IMG/VR virus record: IMGVR_UViG_3300045012_000066
Coordinates: 1-64,000 of that record
Source of the DNA: a virus
Length of the DNA stretch: 64,000 nucleotides
Reading direction: 5' to 3' (one strand)
The translations under genes and the position numbers were made by a program. Every line of letters begins with the position of its first letter. The stretch's first letter is position 1. This document shows, one piece after another, positions 59,561 through 64,000 of the stretch. Under the pieces are notes generated by a model. It did not search any database. It worked only from the letters and a program-made list of their open reading frames with translations, and was not told the DNA's origin.

Positions 59561-62500
59561 TTAGCTTCGACTCAGGTAGGGAATGCCGGGGCCTTCAAAG
59601 AACACCTCGCCAGCCTTACCATCGTCCGTGCTTGTGAATGACCAGTGCGGCAGCGGCAGAAAGACCTTGAACCGCGATACCAGTAACTTAGTCTTGCTGG
59701 CCTCGCTTGTCGCTCGCGTGAGGCTTTCTTCAAAGCGTCGCCACTCATCCTCGGGCAGCGTGTCGCGCAGCGCTGCAATGGCCTGTTCCAGTGCTTTCGG
59801 GTCGCGCTGCCGCAAGTGTTCGCGGATGTGCGGCGTAAGCACCAGAACGAGAAGTGCGTTGATCGTTTTCCGTTGGCTGTTTTCCAATAAGCTCTCCTGT
59901 AAACCGGTTTTCGTATCAGGCAATGCGCCTGTTCAAAGCCTCCAGCGAAGCCTTGAATAGGCGCACGGGCCGTAGCCCATGCGGGTTTAGTGTGTGTGCG
60001 GCTTCGATTGCAGGGCGTGCCACGGCGTCATGGCATCCAGCTTTTCCATCAGCGTGCCACCGTGTACTTGCCAGTACAGGTTCGCGTCCTCGTAGTTGGT
60101 GAAGGCTCGCCCGTTGACGCGGTACTTTCGCTCGTCCTCTCGGGGTTGCTGTGCGGGTGTCGCCATTTCAATCTCTCCTGTAAACCTGTTTTCCTGTGTA
60201 CTTGCGCGATATTCTCATCGAACCTCTGGGAACTGCATCCCGGCCTTGTTGCCGTGCTTGGTGTAGAACGCTTTGATAGGTGCCAGCGTCTTCTTCAGGT
60301 CTGCATCTGTCGGCTCGGGCAGTCGTGGATATGCGCCCATGCCCGCGAACATATGACCGTGCAGGATAGTCATCAGCTTGTCGGCTGCTTTCGTCGGAAG
60401 CTTCCAGTAGGCCCAGCCATCGCTGTGCTCGTTGACTTCATTCTTGAACGCGTCCAGAAACCTTGCGTACTTGCCCAGCACAGGATGCGACTTGAACCTC
60501 TCCGCTGCCTCCTCAACTTCCCACTGATTCATCCACATAATTTTTTCCTCCCGGTTTGTGTAAGTTGGTTTATCTGTAGGCGCTGCGTCGTTCAGCGCGT
60601 CTCTTTGCTTCCTGATTGGCTCGCTCTACCTCCGCGTAATCAAATACGGGGTCAAGCAGTATCAGCGTCTCGCCATCCACGGCTAAGTTACGCTTGGATA
60701 TCTCGATCAGATACTCGCCGTAGGAGCATGCCCAGTTCACCAGTGCGCGAACGTCATCGCGGATACTCTGCGGCAGTTCGTCGTCCTCTTCGACCAGTGA
60801 AGCAAAGTCCTCATTGACTCGCTGCACGTTCAGCCTTTCGTTGTATTTCGGCTGCGCCTCTCTCAATGCTTGCTCAGCGTAGCGCTGGAGCACCTTGAAA
60901 AGGTTCCATGCTGGCCTGTTGCTGGCCGTCAGCGGCTCATAGAACTGTGTGCGATACAGAGTCTCCTCGGCAGTGAACTGCCCGCACTGTTCCAGCTTGG
61001 GGATGTGTACGCCGTCAAGGTGACTGAGTAGTTCTTTGCTGTTGTCTCTGTCGCTCACTTGGAGATAGACGACGGCAGGATTGGAGACGCTGCGCCATGC
61101 AATCGTATAGCGACCCTTGCCCAGCTTCTCCACCTCTGCGGCTGCACCTGTGTCCAGCGTCAGCATGGCGCGACGCGGCAAACTTTTTAAAGTGACTGTC
61201 ACATTTACCCTCCCGGTAAAGATGTTCTGGTGTGATTGCGTTCTAACCTCGCCGTTACTGGCGGATTGCCGTAACGATGCCGTTCTCAAGAGCGCAGTCT
61301 ATTTTGCCTAGACGGATGGCTTCGGCTTCGCTGTCCGCGTTCACGGTGACCTCAAAGCGAAACGTCCATGTCGGTTTTAACGGATCGTTTATCAGCGTCG
61401 CTAAGTCTGGCTTCGGCTTTGCCTCGGCCTCGTCGATCACTGCGATAGCTCGGACAAGCAAGTCATGCGGACTATTGGCATCGCGTGGTGATGTGTGCTC
61501 ACGCGCCCAGTCTGTCAGCGCTCGCAGTGCCTCCAGTAATTCAGCGTTGACTGGTGATGGTGTCGGGAACTCGCCCTCGACTACGATAGGCTCGCGGCTT
61601 GGCGCGATGCCAGACTCGTACACCAGCGCCTCCAGTCGAGTATCAAACTGGCGACTCGTCGCCAGCACATAGGAACCGCTCTCATCGCGGCAGACGACAA
61701 AGTGCTTCATGGTTTTCTCTCCTGTAAATCAGTTGTGGTGTGATGCGGCTCATGCCGTGCGGTTGATAATCTCCTCGGCTTGCTCCCACGTCAGCGGCTG
61801 CGTCTCGTCCGAGTATGTCGGCTCGTCGTTGTTAAGTGTGGCCGTTGGATTGAACAGAGTCCCGTGTGCGGTATGCTTCTCAACGTTAAACGTGATACGT
61901 GCAAAGCCTTCCGACCTGTACTTGACAGGTTCAAAGTCGCGGTAATCCTCGTATGTCTGGAGTAAATACCACTGGTTGCCAGTCAGCTTCGGCTCGCGCT
62001 GTGCTGGCAGGTTGCCCTCGTTGCGTGTCGTGGCTGTTGCCGTATCCGTCCACGGACGCGATACGTTCGCGGCTGTATTAATCGCGCTCTCGTGCTGCCA
62101 CGAAGTAAGCACAGCATCCGGTGTGTACGTCTCCGTATACCTGTGCTTGAAACTCCCGCGCAGAATGGACCCAGCGGGGATAATGGCCGCGCCTTTCAGT
62201 TCCAGCGCGATAGAGCGCAGCGCGTTGTCGGCGGACTCGGCACGCGCTCGCTTTTCCTTCTCGGCTCGCGTGAGTCTCGACTTGCGGTCTAGGATTTTAA
62301 CTTCTGTGCTTCGCCGCAAAGCTTCCATGTCGATGTATTCGGCCACTTCTTTCAGTAGCTCCTGCGGTGTCAGTGATTCAAATGCAAGCATGTTCTCTCC
62401 TGTGTAAACGTGTTTAGGTGTGATGGGCTTACTTCGATTGCAAGCTGGCGTTTATCGCCGTCGCTCCTGCCGGTTGCCGTGCGAGTATGTCTGCCGCTTC

Positions 62501-62689
62501 CTTGGCCGGGATCGTCACGCGTCCAAGCTCTACCCATTGCTCGCCGCTGCCAACAACTGGAACGATCAGCAAGCGCGGCTTGCCCCATGCGTTCTTTACG
62601 TCCTTTACCCAGCATTCAACGGTCAGGGACTCAAAGCGGACTAGGACGTGTGCGCCCAGCGCGGGGATCATCTCTCTTGCTGTTGTCAT
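59561..62689 (-). other. hypothetical CDS (59561-59923, 60215-60538, ~60570-61170, 61255-61710, 61750-62391, 62429-62689)
   Basis: Co-oriented ORFs with shared TTTACAGGAG or CCGGGAGG leaders. Confidence 0.55.
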
Positions 62690-62754
62690 TGACTCTTCTC
62701 CTGTAAATTGCTTTGTGTGTGAAGGGCCGGACCCTTGCGGGTCCAGCCTGTTGA

Positions 62755-63990
62755 TTACCAGCCTACGTACACCGTCTCGCCAAAGGGTGCCTCGCGTTCC
62801 AGCGTGGCCAGCCAGAGCACCGGGACTTGCGGTTCAACCTGCGGGAAGATGCCCAGCAAGTCAGTGATGAAGATCGTGCAGACCGGTTGATTCTCGTCTG
62901 CGTCGATTGCCTCAAGCACGGGCCGGAAGTCTGTTCCCCATCCGCCCTTCGGCTCCCACACCAGCGTGTCGCCACGCTCAAGTCGTTGTACGTGGCAGAC
63001 CTTCTCGTCTGCGAAGTACAGGGTGACTCCAGCGGGTTCGACCTCGTCCAGCACCTCCTGTACGATTGCTGCCGCCTTGCCTAGCGCCACTTGATCGATT
63101 GATCCAGAGGTATCGATGGCGATGGCCACCTCGCCCATCTCCTTGCTGTGCCGCTTCGGGAAGAAGTAACCGCTGCCCGCGTAGCGGGGGTTGGGCCTCT
63201 GCCAGTCGTAGGACGCTGCGTTGCTCTCTTGCATGAAGCGCAGGACTAAGCTGTACACGTCCACGCGTGGTTGCAAGGTCTGCTCGAATGCTCGCGTGAG
63301 TGCTTCGCCCGTCTCCAGCCCTTGGCCTTTGGCCAGTGCTGAAGTCTGCGCGACGCGCTCTTTCCACTCGTCCTCTGAGGGTGGGCCGTCGCCTTCGGCG
63401 TCACTGTCAAGCGGTGCATCGCGGCACTCACCCAACTCGTCGCCTTCCTCGTCGCCTTCCTCGTCGCCTTCGCCCTGACCTTCGCCCTCGCCTTCGCCGT
63501 CCTCGTCGCCAGACTCCCCGTCGCCCTCGTCCTCGTCTCCCTCTCCGTCCTCGTCACCTTCTGGCTCGGACTCGTCGTCGCCGTCCTCGTTCTCGCCGTC
63601 CTCTTCGCCCTCTTCCTCGCCAGACTCACCCTTGCCCGGTTCAGGCTTGGGCTTGTCTTGCGGTTCGTCGAATGGCATGTGGTCGTATATCCACTCCGCT
63701 GATTGGCCTTGCTCGTCGCCTTCGGCGTAGTATGCGCCGTCCGGCAACTCGAAACCGAATCCGCGAAGCAGGGTATTGATTGCCTTGTCGCAAGCAATAT
63801 TCCAGCGTCGCATATCGCGATTGCCACGCCGCCACGGATGCCCCAGCGCGACGTGCAGGACTTCGTGGGCTACCAGCGCAATCAACCGCTTCGGAGTCAG
63901 GCTTAGGACGAAGTGGGGGTTGAACCCCAGACTCCGCCCGTCTACCCATGCCGTTTTGCAGCGCGGGTCTGCCAGCAGCTTCAGCCCCAT
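62755..63990 (-). CDS. DUF2201-like metallopeptidase-vWA protein (5' end outside the window)
   Basis: HEVLH zincin motif, WNIACD.AIN, long acidic linker, vWA AIDTSGSI, GGTDF-like GWGTDFRP, FITDL. Confidence 0.85.
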   Translation of the reverse strand: MGLKLLADPRCKTAWVDGRSLGFNPHFVLSLTPKRLIALVAHEVLHVALGHPWRRGNRDMRRWNIACDKAINTLLRGFGFELPDGAYYAEGDEQGQSAEWIYDHMPFDEPQDKPKPEPGKGESGEEEGEEDGENEDGDDESEPEGDEDGEGDEDEGDGESGDEDGEGEGEGQGEGDEEGDEEGDELGECRDAPLDSDAEGDGPPSEDEWKERVAQTSALAKGQGLETGEALTRAFEQTLQPRVDVYSLVLRFMQESNAASYDWQRPNPRYAGSGYFFPKRHSKEMGEVAIAIDTSGSIDQVALGKAAAIVQEVLDEVEPAGVTLYFADEKVCHVQRLERGDTLVWEPKGGWGTDFRPVLEAIDADENQPVCTIFITDLLGIFPQVEPQVPVLWLATLEREAPFGETVYVGW

Positions 63991-64000
63991 CGCCAGTGCT

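Noticed and set aside
63400-63660. Acidic repeat as a novel DNA mimic
   Set aside because: Low-complexity acidic linkers are usual between the peptidase and vWA domains of this family.

Overview
This is a 64-kb segment of a large, probably temperate bacteriophage or prophage, with no structural genes in view. The host is plausibly Acidobacteriota (inference only). From left to right: (1) a glycosyltransferase/methyltransferase cluster and a C2H2 zinc-finger protein; (2) a TIGR-Tas-like locus, in which a nuclease-less Nop/IS110-like protein (8758-9651) is flanked by two dual-repeat 36-nt-unit arrays totalling about 83 units; (3) small hypothetical genes; (4) an RNA island with tRNA-Ser/Ser/Glu/Lys, two leader-peptide attenuator-like elements, six Y-RNA-like elements and a Ro60/TROVE gene; (5) a replication block with DnaB, a large serine recombinase, an initiator-like protein and HNH genes; (6) a recombination block (SSAP-like, PD-(D/E)XK nuclease, SbcC/Rad50) that contains a solo Cas7-like RAMP gene flanked by arrays of GGY-NN pentamers, a candidate non-contiguous-code RNA-guided system (VIPR-like); (7) a long minus-strand arm of small early-type genes with shared promoter and leader motifs, an anticodon-less alanine-acceptor tRNA mimic and an orphan structured RNA. 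All assignments come from reading the sequence by eye; no database searches were run.
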